DNA of 64,000 nucleotides from an uncultured Gammaproteobacteria bacterium (GTDB lineage Bacteria; Patescibacteriota; Microgenomatia; Woykebacterales; RBG-16-39-9b): NCBI GenBank assembly GCA_964360785.1, contig CAYHXX010000001.1, positions 138,549 to 202,548 of the forward strand, read 5' to 3'. Shown piece by piece: positions 27,914 to 37,093 of this stretch (position 1 is its first letter; each line of letters starts with the position of its first letter). The notes under the pieces were generated by a model. It saw only the letters and a program-made list of their open reading frames with translations, ran no database searches and was not told where the DNA came from. The position numbers and the translations under genes were made by a program.

Positions 27914-29197
27914 ATGACAAACAATCCTTGGGAAACAGCCCAAAAACAATTAGAAACCGCTAGTGAAAAAATTAAAGTTGATCCCCTACTTCTACAAACC
28001 CTTCGTAACCATGACCGGGACATTCAGGTTTCCCTGCCCTTAAAAATGGATGATGGTGAAACCAAAATCTTTAAAGGCTACCGTTTGCAGCACAACAACA
28101 TTCGTGGTCCTTACAAAGGCGGTCTTCGCTATCACCCGCAAGTCTCAGAAGACGAGGTCAAAGCACTTTCATTTTGGATGACTATGAAAAACGCCGTCAT
28201 TGATGTTCCTTTTGGTGGCGGTAAAGGTGGAATTGCCGTCAACCCAAAAAAATTGTCTGAACGTGAGTTAGAAGAACTAACCCGACTTTTTACCCGCAAA
28301 ATTGCAGATTTCATCGGTCCCCAAAAGGACGTTCCGGCCCCAGATGTGAACACTAACCCAAAAATAATGAATTGGATTGTTGAAGAGTACTCAAAGATAG
28401 TCGGCAAGGACACCAAAGCCGTTGTCACGGGAAAACCAATCGAGCATGGTGGTTCAGAAGGTCGCACTGAGGCAACTGGTTTGGGAGGAGTTTATAGCCT
28501 TCTAGCATCTTTAAAACAACTTGGAGTCGACAAAAAAGGCTTAACGGTTGCAATTCAAGGCTTTGGTAATGTCGGCCACTATATCGCAAGTTTTTTGGAA
28601 AAAGAAGGTTTCAGAATAGTCGCTCTCTCTGACTCGAAGGGCGGGATCTATATCCCCAACGGTATCGAAAGCATTGGCCAAATCGCCAAGTTCAAGGAAG
28701 CCAAAGGATACCTTGCTGGCTGTTATTGTGTTGGTTCCGTGTGTGATATCAACAACAGGGAAAAAGTTGGCGGGAAAGATGTTTCTTCAAACGAGCTTCT
28801 CGAACTTCCTGTAGATATCCTGATTCCAGCTGCACTGGAGAATGTAATAACGACGGAAAACGCAGCTAATATTAAAGCAAAGATAATTCTAGAAATGGCA
28901 AACGGACCAACAACCTCAGAAGCTGATGAGATTTTACATCAGAAAAATATTACGGTAATCCCGGATATTCTCGCCAACTCTGGAGGCGTGGCTGTCAGTT
29001 ATTTTGAATGGTACCAAAATCTGCACAACGAACACTGGTCAAAGGAAGATGTTTTCGCAAAACTGAAGGAGAAAATGGACAAATCTGTTGGTGAAGTTTT
29101 TGAAATTCAGAAAGAGCACAAGACTACTCTTCGTGAGGCATCATATATTCTCGCTCTACAACGAATCCAAGAAGCGTTTGAAAAAATTAAATTGTAA
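27914..29197 (+). CDS. gdh: Glutamate dehydrogenase (Glu/Leu/Phe/Val dehydrogenase family)
   Basis: KGGLRYHP...VPFGGGKGG active-site region; NAD-binding GFGNVG. Confidence 0.9.
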   Translation: MTNNPWETAQKQLETASEKIKVDPLLLQTLRNHDRDIQVSLPLKMDDGETKIFKGYRLQHNNIRGPYKGGLRYHPQVSEDEVKALSFWMTMKNAVIDVPFGGGKGGIAVNPKKLSERELEELTRLFTRKIADFIGPQKDVPAPDVNTNPKIMNWIVEEYSKIVGKDTKAVVTGKPIEHGGSEGRTEATGLGGVYSLLASLKQLGVDKKGLTVAIQGFGNVGHYIASFLEKEGFRIVALSDSKGGIYIPNGIESIGQIAKFKEAKGYLAGCYCVGSVCDINNREKVGGKDVSSNELLELPVDILIPAALENVITTENAANIKAKIILEMANGPTTSEADEILHQKNITVIPDILANSGGVAVSYFEWYQNLHNEHWSKEDVFAKLKEKMDKSVGEVFEIQKEHKTTLREASYILALQRIQEAFEKIKL

Positions 29198-29200
29198 GCT

Positions 29201-30169
29201 CTAATCAGCAAACATTTCTGTGAACATTTTTCCGTATTTGACTGTGTCGTAAACGCCGATTCCAATCCGAGTATATTTTGTTGAAATCCTCGCTTTTTGG
29301 TGTTCTGGGGATTGAAGAAACCGTTCATGGGCAGTAATTGCGTCTGGGGCAAAAGAGAGGTTTTCAGCAAGAGAGTTAAATTCAAGATTTTTTGCAGTTG
29401 CTCGGTCGTACGGATTTTTCCCAGTTGGATCTATATGACCAAAATAACCACCCTCAATCATAGCTTTGGAATGGTCACGAGCAATATTTGTTAGTAACGA
29501 ATCAAGTTTAAGCTTCGGTAAATTCTTTTCAATTCTAGTTTGGTTTAAGGAGATTAAGAGAAGTTTTTCCGAGTCTGGATCCAAAATAGCTTTGTGGTCT
29601 GGAATCGACAAACGAACAAAACTTTCGCTGTCTTGTTTAGTTGAGGTAATAGCAATAATACCTTCACGAACCGAACGTGAAAATGCTTGTTGTAAAGGCA
29701 TGCTAAATCTAGTTGTAAAGGGAAGTATAGTACCAATAATTTTTGAAGTGGACATTGCGTTTTTTATATTCGTTGATATTGGTAATATTATTATTACCGT
29801 GGAAATAAAAGCAATGATAAGGCAACTGGAAAGTAAGTTTGGTATCAAGCCGAAATAACGGTTAAACTTTGAAAGAATGAGACTCATCGGTAGTTTTCGG
29901 AAAAAATCATTAAAAAATGCCGAAAAAAGTACTTCCGAAGAAATAAAAACAAAAATAAAGGAAATCAAGTTTACCAGCTCTGATTTAAATCCAACCAGAA
30001 CTATTAAAAAAGATAGAATTGGAAAAATGGAAATAGCACAAACTAAGGAAATGAAAAAACCTAGGAATTCAAAAAATTGCTCCAAAAAACCACGTTTGAA
30101 TACAAACGCAGCATAAATTACAACGAAGATAATTACTAAAACATCAATCCAGTTGAAACCAAATAGCAT
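29201..30169 (-). CDS. CvpA-family membrane protein fused to a C-terminal CAP/SCP (YkwD-like) domain
   Basis: The N-terminal ~160 aa have four TM helices (colicin V production CvpA-like). The C-terminus carries GYFGHIDP...HQKARIS...IGIGV, a CAP-domain signature. Confidence 0.55.
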   Translation of the reverse strand: MLFGFNWIDVLVIIFVVIYAAFVFKRGFLEQFFEFLGFFISLVCAISIFPILSFLIVLVGFKSELVNLISFIFVFISSEVLFSAFFNDFFRKLPMSLILSKFNRYFGLIPNLLSSCLIIAFISTVIIILPISTNIKNAMSTSKIIGTILPFTTRFSMPLQQAFSRSVREGIIAITSTKQDSESFVRLSIPDHKAILDPDSEKLLLISLNQTRIEKNLPKLKLDSLLTNIARDHSKAMIEGGYFGHIDPTGKNPYDRATAKNLEFNSLAENLSFAPDAITAHERFLQSPEHQKARISTKYTRIGIGVYDTVKYGKMFTEMFAD

Positions 30170-30194
30170 TTATTAGATTAATTCTGACCAAAAA

Positions 30195-30302
30195 CTAATG
30201 CCACGCCCAAGGTAATGTAATAACATTTGCAGAAGCAAGTACCGCAACTATGGCAATCACTAATGCTGTTAAAGCTATGTACAATGTTGTGTTTTTTGAC
30301 AA
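30195..30302 (-). CDS. Small hydrophobic peptide 1 (35 aa, TTG start), tandem paralog of peptide 2
   Basis: Manual translation gives (M)SKNTTLYIALTALVIAIVAVLASANVITLPWAWH. SD AAGGAGGTGA lies 8 nt upstream. The C-terminal ANVITLPWAWH is conserved with peptide 2. Not in the ORF track because it is under 60 aa. Confidence 0.5.
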   Translation of the reverse strand: MSKNTTLYIALTALVIAIVAVLASANVITLPWAWH

Positions 30303-30333
30303 TCAACTCACCTCCTTATAAATTTGGGCTAAA

Positions 30334-30441
30334 TTAGTGCCACGCCCAAGGTAATGTAATAATATTTGCTGCGGCAAGGACGGCTACAACTGCAAGAACC
30401 AAAGCTACAAGTGCAACCCAAAGAGCAGTATTCTTCGGCAT
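30334..30441 (-). CDS. Small hydrophobic peptide 2 (35 aa)
   Basis: MPKNTALWVALVALVLAVVAVLAAANIITLPWAWH. Strong SD AAGGAGGTGACAATTTAATATG. A single TM helix is predicted. Confidence 0.5.
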   Translation of the reverse strand: MPKNTALWVALVALVLAVVAVLAAANIITLPWAWH

Positions 30442-30534
30442 ATTAAATTGTCACCTCCTTTGGAAAACAAAAAAATAGTTGGGCAGTCATTTGTGATAAA
30501 TAAATTGTCCTATTCCTTAGATACTTTGTCAATC

Positions 30535-31995
30535 CTAGGAGTTCCCTTTAGGTAAGCTAACAAAAAAAGTAGAGCCCTCGTTGGTTTTTGATTCAAACCA
30601 AATTTTACCTCCGTGTGCTTCAGAAATTACGCGCGAAAGATACAGACCTAAACCCAAGCCTTGGTAATCATATTGCAAAAGGTCAGTCGCGCGGTGAAAT
30701 TTTTTAAAAACTAACGGTATCTCTTTTTCAGATATGCCGATTCCACTATCTTTTATACTAATTATATAGTTTTCGCTCTTTTCGCTAATCCCAACAGTAA
30801 CTGAACCACCTTCCTTGTTAAATTTAATCGCATTTTCGATTAAATTATTAAAGAGTATTTTGATTTTGGTCACGTCTCCATTAGTTAAATAACTTTCCGC
30901 TGGTGTAACAAAATGAAGTGAAACTTTTTTTGCTAAAGCCTCGGGGGAATAAAAAGAAATTACCTGATTAATTATTGAGGTTAAATCTAGTTTTGATCCT
31001 GAAGAAATCTTTTTATCAGTTTCGAGTGAGACGATACTTAAAAATTCCTCGACCAAACTTTCAAGATTGGAGATTGAAACTGAGATAGCCTTATACTTGT
31101 CTTTGTAAGGTTTTGGTGCCTTCGGATCAACAATAAGCTGACTGGTATAGCCTTTTAAAACAGTTAAAGGTGTTCTAAGGTTATGGGAAGCAATAACAAT
31201 AAACTCATCTTTAAGACGGTCTAGATCTTTCAGGGCCTCGATATTTTTTTGCAAAGAACTTGCCATATTGTTGACCGATTGCGACAAAGTTTCAAGCTCA
31301 TCCCCAGTAAATACAGATATTCTTTCGTTTAGTTTACCTTTACTAACAAGGGACGCCCCTGAGACAATTTTTTCGATTGGGGATACAATTATTCGATCCA
31401 CAGTAAATACTACAAGTAAGGTCGATAAAATCGCGACCAAAAAACTAATTCCGACAATAATCGCGATTGTATAGGCTAGACTTTCCCGAATACTGTCATA
31501 ATTTACAAAAAAACGAATTGAGTACGGATGTGCTCCAAAATCATCGAAAAAAGGCTCAACTATTTCAGTAACTTCACCGAGACTATTTTTGAACTCGCTA
31601 TGACTGTCGGAATTAACTGCGGTTATTATCTTTGGATCAGCAATTTTCCGTTCATTACCCTTTGAAACTGTTGAGTCATAAAGTATCTCGCCAGTGACAT
31701 CAATGATTTGGAAACTTTTTACATTTTGCTCAAGCACAAGTGTCTTTTCGGCAATTTCCTCCATTTTGATATCACCTGAATCAAAATAAATTTCATAGGC
31801 GGTGGCAAGTGGTTTGACTGATAAACTAGTAAAACTTCGCGCGGAACTAAGGATGGCCTGTCTTTGATTGTTGAGTTGGTAGGTGATAAAAACGATTGAA
31901 ATAAGTGTGGCTAGAAGAAATAGAATTGACAGCAACAAAATTAGAAACTTTATTTTAAGTGATTTTTTAGCAAATCTGAACAGGGGCAGGTTCAT
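30535..31995 (-). CDS. Sensor histidine kinase (2 TM, extracytoplasmic sensor domain, HAMP-HisKA-HATPase_c)
   Basis: TM1 aa 15-38, TM2 aa 175-198; H-box IVIASHNLRTPL; N/G boxes. No cognate DNA-binding response regulator is adjacent. Confidence 0.8.
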   Translation of the reverse strand: MNLPLFRFAKKSLKIKFLILLLSILFLLATLISIVFITYQLNNQRQAILSSARSFTSLSVKPLATAYEIYFDSGDIKMEEIAEKTLVLEQNVKSFQIIDVTGEILYDSTVSKGNERKIADPKIITAVNSDSHSEFKNSLGEVTEIVEPFFDDFGAHPYSIRFFVNYDSIRESLAYTIAIIVGISFLVAILSTLLVVFTVDRIIVSPIEKIVSGASLVSKGKLNERISVFTGDELETLSQSVNNMASSLQKNIEALKDLDRLKDEFIVIASHNLRTPLTVLKGYTSQLIVDPKAPKPYKDKYKAISVSISNLESLVEEFLSIVSLETDKKISSGSKLDLTSIINQVISFYSPEALAKKVSLHFVTPAESYLTNGDVTKIKILFNNLIENAIKFNKEGGSVTVGISEKSENYIISIKDSGIGISEKEIPLVFKKFHRATDLLQYDYQGLGLGLYLSRVISEAHGGKIWFESKTNEGSTFFVSLPKGNS

Positions 31996-32011
31996 GATTT
32001 AAGCAGAATAT

Positions 32012-33637
32012 TTAGTTGCTAGTGGTTTTAATTTCGCGACCACTTACTGACTCTAGTATGAAGTCAGTTAATATGTTTGTATTAAAGTCGTAATTATTGC
32101 GAATGATAAATGTATTGGTCACAGAATAAAGGGGGATAACCGGAACATCGGCAACAATTTCAGCAACCAAATTCTCAAGCAGTTTTTTTCGTTCCTTGGG
32201 AACAAAACTTTTATTGACCTTCTCAATTTCCTGATCCACTTTAGAACTAGAGTAACTTAAAAGATTAGAGTCGGCTTCTGTTCGAAAAATACCATCAATA
32301 TACTCTCCGCCATCACTGGCCAACGGTCCGGCAATAAAGGTTGCTGCTTTTCCAGCAAACAAATCTTTAACCAGTAAACTAAAGCTTTCAACAACCTTTA
32401 TATTTGTTTTAATGCCACTATCAGCTAATTCTGCAGAAATTGCCTTGGCAACTTCTTCGCGATCAGCAGTTATGTAAATATCAAACTCAAGATTGGCTGA
32501 GTTTGTATCTTTCAATAAGACCTTTGCTTTAGTGGCGTCCTTTATATTATCTTGTATTTCTGGATTGTAACCAACAATTGATTTGGTAATGAATTGATTG
32601 GCTTTTTTTCCAGAAACCGAGGCGATTTTGATTACTTTATTATTATCGATGGAAAGCTTGACTGCCTCGCGCACACTTTTCTGTAGAAGAGGATTGGGTT
32701 TACCGTTTAACTCCTTGGCAGCAAAGTTAAAAAATAGCATTACCACTCTAGGTTCGTCTTCCTTGCGAATTTGAAAATCATTACTAAGCCCTGTGTTATT
32801 TGTTTCAACTCGGGCGTAATCAATCTCTTGATTTTTTAGTGCTTTTAACAGATCATCATCAGTTTCATAAACAATGAACTTTGCTTTTTTTAGTTTTGGT
32901 TTTGTGCCCCAATAGCCACCGAACCGTTCGACTATCGCTTCTTCATCTTTTGTAAAACTTACTATCTTAAATGGTCCTGTTCCGGTTGCTTTATCCAAAC
33001 CATCACGTTCGGTTTGCTTTTTTGAAAGTATATAAACGTCAGTTATACGATTCAGTAGTAATGGGTCTGGTTTATTTGTAATAATATCGACTGTTTTGTC
33101 ATCAATTATCTTTACCTCTTTAACTGTTGAAACCGAGTTTGTTGATGGCCAGGCTTTTTCTTCATCTTCGGCATTTTCCAAAACTTGATCAAATGAATAT
33201 TTAACATCCTCAACTGTCAAAATTTCTCCGGACTGGAATTTGATTCCGGTTCTGATAGTGAAGCGCCAGGTTGAAGTATCGGGATTGGTCCATTTAGTTG
33301 CGATTGCTGGCACAATACCGGAACTGCGAACCTTTGTAAGAGCTTCAAAGACGGAATCATTGAAGTTAGTATCGTCAATTGTGGGTGGGTTGGAACTTTT
33401 TGGATATATTCCTGACAACGATGTCCAACCCAAGTTAATTTGTTCTCTTTCTAGACCAGTCACAACTTTTTCTTCGTTTGGCTTTTCCTTTAGGAAAAAA
33501 ATAAAGACAAGAAAAGCTGTGACGCCTACTACCAAGAGTAAAATAATAATTTTTGAAAAGTTAACAATTGAGAAATTTGATTTTGGAGCACTTGCTACTG
33601 AAACCTGTTGGTTATTTGTGGACAATTCTTCAGGCAT
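32012..33637 (-). CDS. Membrane-anchored solute-binding protein, SBP_bac_5 (OppA/DppA-like peptide-binding) family
   Basis: N-terminal TM anchor IIILLLVVGVTAFLVFIFFL; family-5 core ATKWTNPDTSTWRFTIRTGIKFQSGE. No ABC permease or ATPase genes nearby. Confidence 0.7.
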   Translation of the reverse strand: MPEELSTNNQQVSVASAPKSNFSIVNFSKIIILLLVVGVTAFLVFIFFLKEKPNEEKVVTGLEREQINLGWTSLSGIYPKSSNPPTIDDTNFNDSVFEALTKVRSSGIVPAIATKWTNPDTSTWRFTIRTGIKFQSGEILTVEDVKYSFDQVLENAEDEEKAWPSTNSVSTVKEVKIIDDKTVDIITNKPDPLLLNRITDVYILSKKQTERDGLDKATGTGPFKIVSFTKDEEAIVERFGGYWGTKPKLKKAKFIVYETDDDLLKALKNQEIDYARVETNNTGLSNDFQIRKEDEPRVVMLFFNFAAKELNGKPNPLLQKSVREAVKLSIDNNKVIKIASVSGKKANQFITKSIVGYNPEIQDNIKDATKAKVLLKDTNSANLEFDIYITADREEVAKAISAELADSGIKTNIKVVESFSLLVKDLFAGKAATFIAGPLASDGGEYIDGIFRTEADSNLLSYSSSKVDQEIEKVNKSFVPKERKKLLENLVAEIVADVPVIPLYSVTNTFIIRNNYDFNTNILTDFILESVSGREIKTTSN

Positions 33638-33752
33638 TAGATAAAGTATAACAGAATTAAAAAAAAGATTACAAGAATGGTAGGGAAAATAAAATCTTCG
33701 GCTGCCGGGCTAGGGTAACACACGCATTCCGCTTTGCGGAAAGCCGAACCTA

Positions 33753-33826
33753 TGGCTCGGGGACTTGGATTCGAACCAAGATACTGGGCTTCAAAGGCCC
33801 ATGTCCTACCATTAGACGATCCCCGA
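33753..33826 (-). tRNA. tRNA-Gln(TTG)
   Basis: TCGGGGATCGTCTAATGGTAGGACATGGGCCTTTGAAGCCCAGTATCTTGGTTCGAATCCAAGTCCCCGAGCCA; U1-A72. Confidence 0.8.
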
Positions 33827-33907
33827 ATAGTTGGGGGTAGTATATCAAATTAGCTTTGGTACTGACTAGTTTAGGATTTTTCTTGGAGATTTAAACAAAC
33901 AGAACCT

Positions 33908-34279
33908 TCATTCAAATAGAAAGCTCAGATGAGGCCAGAAAAGTAGTATTCCTCCGAACACGGAAACAAAACTCATTAAAAGTACTGATGCGGCGGCAAC
34001 ATCCTTTGCCACTTTGGCATCCGGCAGCATTTGCTCTTTTACTGCCAAATCTACTACGACTTCGATGACGGTATTTAAAAGTTCCGCTGTCAATACTAAA
34101 CCGATTAAGATTACTAAAATTATCCATTCCCAACGAGAAAAATCTAATACCCAAGCTAACGCCAAAACCAGAAAGGCAATCAAAACCTGGATTTGGAAAT
34201 TCTTTTGGGTATACAAAGCGTGGTTCAAACCAGAAAAGGCAAAGTGAAAACTTTTGACACGACTGTGATTTCTTTCCAT
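33908..34279 (-). CDS. dgkA: Diacylglycerol/undecaprenol kinase (DgkA family)
   Basis: 123 aa, three TM helices; the motif ELLNTVIEVVVD is typical of prokaryotic DAGK. Confidence 0.8.
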   Translation of the reverse strand: MERNHSRVKSFHFAFSGLNHALYTQKNFQIQVLIAFLVLALAWVLDFSRWEWIILVILIGLVLTAELLNTVIEVVVDLAVKEQMLPDAKVAKDVAAASVLLMSFVSVFGGILLFWPHLSFLFE

Positions 34280-34666
34280 TTAGTTTACCAACCCCATTCT
34301 TGGGATATTCATAATACGACGCAGTTCTGCTACCAGCTTCTCACTTGAAACTTCAGGTTTGCGTATAGCCTTGGTTGCCCCACTCTCCACGTATTCGCTC
34401 AGATCATCACTACGTTCATCAGCTAATACCAGAATAGGTGTGGAAGAAGCAGCGACTTTGTGAAGTGCGCGGACTTTAATCAGAAACCAAAGACCCTCTT
34501 CTCGAGGTAGGTTGACGACACAGCAAGGGAAAAACTCGTCCCCGATACGATCCAAACCATCCTTGGCAGAAAGTTCCGTCGCAACGTCGAAACCACTGTC
34601 AACCAACATCTTGGTTACATTTTCTATGGCAGCTTGTTCTGTTCCAATCAATAAGATCTTTGCCAT
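34280..34666 (-). CDS. Atypical receiver-domain (pseudo-receiver) protein
   Basis: CheY-like fold, but the acidic pocket is replaced (IGTEQ) and the phospho-acceptor position reads VVNLP (Asp to Asn). The conserved K (IRKP) is retained. Confidence 0.45.
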   Translation of the reverse strand: MAKILLIGTEQAAIENVTKMLVDSGFDVATELSAKDGLDRIGDEFFPCCVVNLPREEGLWFLIKVRALHKVAASSTPILVLADERSDDLSEYVESGATKAIRKPEVSSEKLVAELRRIMNIPRMGLVN

Positions 34667-34770
34667 CTGGAATTGTTTAAATAAAGCCTACCGCAAATAT
34701 AGCAAAAACAGAACATTACTGAAAGTAGAGGTTTAGTCATTGGACTTGAGGTTCTAATTTGCTGTAAACT

Positions 34771-35499
34771 TTGTTTATATTTATGCTGGAATTGATTTTA
34801 GGTATTTATAACACAGTTCTTTATCAACCGGTCTACAACCTCGTAATTGTTCTCTACAACTTTTCTCCCGGACCAAACCTTGGCTGGGCGATTGTTATGC
34901 TTTCAATAATTGTCAGACTACTTTTGCTTCCTTTCACTCTCAAAGGCTACCACACAGACAAACTTCTCGAGCAGGCGGCAGAAAAAATACGTATAACTGA
35001 AGCAGATTTTAATCTATCTTCTAGAGAGAAACGCTCCAAAATCACACTAATTATGAAAGAAAAAGGTATCAACCCACTTTCAGAAATTTATTCCTTATTC
35101 GGACAAATAATTTTTCTGGCCGTGCTTTATCAAGTTGTCCAAAGAGGTATTACACCCGCAGGCTATAACAAACTCTATTCCTTTGTAGGCCACCCTATCG
35201 GAAACCTGGATGCCATTTTTTTTGGTATCGATGTCTCCCATGCCAGCATCATTTTTAGTCTAATTGCCGGGGGTTTACTTTTCGTCGAACAGATTTGGGA
35301 ATATGAATCGAAGAAAAACATACCTGAAGCGACGTTTTCTGAACGGTGGTATCCCTTGCTTTTGCCTATACTCACGTTTATACTATTGATGTTGTTGCCA
35401 GCAACCAAAGCGGTATTTTTAATCACGTCAATCACGTTCTCGCTTGGTATACGTTTGATGTTCACTCTGGGAAAGTCTGGCAAAGAAGAAGCAAAATAA
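34771..35499 (+). CDS. yidC: YidC/Oxa1-family membrane protein insertase (short Gram-positive type)
   Basis: LYQPVYNLVIVLYNF...GWAIVMLSIIVRLLLLPFT, a conserved YidC TM2 region; ~240 aa. Confidence 0.7.
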   Translation: MFIFMLELILGIYNTVLYQPVYNLVIVLYNFSPGPNLGWAIVMLSIIVRLLLLPFTLKGYHTDKLLEQAAEKIRITEADFNLSSREKRSKITLIMKEKGINPLSEIYSLFGQIIFLAVLYQVVQRGITPAGYNKLYSFVGHPIGNLDAIFFGIDVSHASIIFSLIAGGLLFVEQIWEYESKKNIPEATFSERWYPLLLPILTFILLMLLPATKAVFLITSITFSLGIRLMFTLGKSGKEEAK

Positions 35500-35547
35500 A
35501 TGTTTGACTATTGTTTCCGAACAATTGCTAAAAACAAGGATCGTTAG

Positions 35548-36126
35548 ATGTTTGACAAACTCGTTGTTGGCTTTTTTGTTGATGAAGTTGCCGGAGGATT
35601 CTTTGTAGATGTACCTCCAGGACAAATAGCCTGTGTTTACGATCGCCTAAGGGGCGTGCTTCGTCATACTTGGGGACCAGGCTTACATTTCAAACTCCCT
35701 TTTTTACAGAAAGCAAAGCTTTTTAACGCGCAAACTCTTGAGTACAGTATTCGCCCAGGTTTTGAAGCTGAAGTAAACCGCGAATTTCTTGGAGACGATC
35801 CAATCAGCGCCACCACCGCAGACGGTATAGGCATTTCGGTACTAGGAACAATTTTAATTCGTATAAACAAAGACCTTGTTGTTGGACTTTGGGAGAATAT
35901 TGGAGAAGGTTTTGTTTCGAAAATAATTCGCCCAACCTCACGTTCTCGTATTCGTACAGCATTATCAGAATTTACGGTTCAACAACTCAATTCAGCTTCT
36001 CGACACGAAGCCGAAAAGAGAATCAAAGAGCAACTTGAGTTTGAACTTGGGCCAAAAGGTCTGATCGTCGAAGGTGTTCTTCTTTCAGAAATTTCCAATA
36101 CCACACCAGCTCCAACTCACAACTAA
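35548..36126 (+). CDS. SPFH/band-7 (HflK/C-like) domain protein
   Basis: VPPGQIACVYDRLRGV...GPGLHFKLPFLQKA matches the SPFH N-terminal pattern. Confidence 0.55.
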   Translation: MFDKLVVGFFVDEVAGGFFVDVPPGQIACVYDRLRGVLRHTWGPGLHFKLPFLQKAKLFNAQTLEYSIRPGFEAEVNREFLGDDPISATTADGIGISVLGTILIRINKDLVVGLWENIGEGFVSKIIRPTSRSRIRTALSEFTVQQLNSASRHEAEKRIKEQLEFELGPKGLIVEGVLLSEISNTTPAPTHN

Positions 36127-36167
36127 TTGTCCCTTACTACTTGTTCTGATATAATCGGTTCCTACTA

Positions 36168-36242
36168 GCGGGATTCGTATAGTGGCTAGTATGCCACCCT
36201 TCCAAGGTGGAGGCGAGGGTTCGATTCCCTTATCCCGCTCCA
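36168..36242 (+). tRNA. tRNA-Gly(TCC)
   Basis: GCGGGATTCGTATAGTGGCTAGTATGCCACCCTTCCAAGGTGGAGGCGAGGGTTCGATTCCCTTATCCCGCTCCA. Confidence 0.85.
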
Positions 36243-36318
36243 AACTAGGTTCTGAAAATGAAAAGACTTCTCAGTTCCCTGGCATCTAAAATCTTTGTTA
36301 AAACAGAAGAGCGGCCCT

Positions 36319-36861
36319 TTAGGACGCGCTCTGGTCTAATGTCTGCAAATTTAAATAGTTTCTTAGTGAAGCTATAATACTCCTCTCATCTTCGTCAAAA
36401 TCCACACCTTCATCCGAAATCTTGGAGAAAATCCCGTGAGCAGCCCTTATCAGGGAATCAGGATCATCCAAGCTTAAACCTTGTGCCTCTGCTCGCTTCC
36501 TATTTCTCTCCTCTGTGTCCTTGCGCTCCTCTCCTCTCACTCTTTCGTTTTCTTCTCGAATCCAATTCTTTAAGAGCATCAACGTTGCCTCTGTAGCCCG
36601 CATCGCTCCCTTTGCTTTAATTCTCCATTGTTCGTATTCGAGATAATTCATTCTACGACCGTCGGCATGCGTTCTGTTATTACTCCCCAGTTGGTCTTCG
36701 ATCCCTTGCTTTCTGAGTACGCGTTCAGTTCTTCTCTCATATGCTTCTTGCAGGGATTTTGGTGGGACAAAACGGCTTCGCGCGCGCTCTAACCGAGTTG
36801 GTCGAACTGGATCCACGAGGCACCTCCTGGTACCCTGAGCAATGCCCACTCGTTTTGACAC
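36319..36861 (-). CDS. Hypothetical charged protein, GC-rich, between tRNA loci
   Basis: 180 aa, Arg/Glu-rich, no recognisable motif; GC ~50%. Confidence 0.35.
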   Translation of the reverse strand: MSKRVGIAQGTRRCLVDPVRPTRLERARSRFVPPKSLQEAYERRTERVLRKQGIEDQLGSNNRTHADGRRMNYLEYEQWRIKAKGAMRATEATLMLLKNWIREENERVRGEERKDTEERNRKRAEAQGLSLDDPDSLIRAAHGIFSKISDEGVDFDEDERSIIASLRNYLNLQTLDQSAS

Positions 36862-36943
36862 TGCTTCCTTTTATAGTTTCTATTTTAAAGGTAATGTCAA
36901 CTTACTTTAAATTTTAGGTTTATTTTGGTAGAATACGTTCACC

Positions 36944-37005
36944 TGCGCCTGTAGCTCAGTGAAGCAGGTGCTTCGCACCCAACGATATGAATCGCAGAGC
37001 ACTAA
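36944..37005 (+). pseudogene. Degenerate tRNA-like fragment (5' partial copy of tRNA-Arg)
   Basis: GCGCCTGTAGCTCAGTG... resembles the start of the following gene, GCGCCCATGGCTCAGTGG. No complete cloverleaf. Confidence 0.45.
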
Positions 37006-37009
37006 ATAT

Positions 37010-37085
37010 GCGCCCATGGCTCAGTGGATAGAGCGCGTGGCTTCGGACCACGAGGTCGGGGGTTCGAATCCCTCTGGGCGCGCCA
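37010..37085 (+). tRNA. tRNA-Arg(TCG)
   Basis: GCGCCCATGGCTCAGTGGATAGAGCGCGTGGCTTCGGACCACGAGGTCGGGGGTTCGAATCCCTCTGGGCGCGCCA; anticodon loop CTTCGGA. Confidence 0.75.
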
Positions 37086-37093
37086 TTTTGAGT

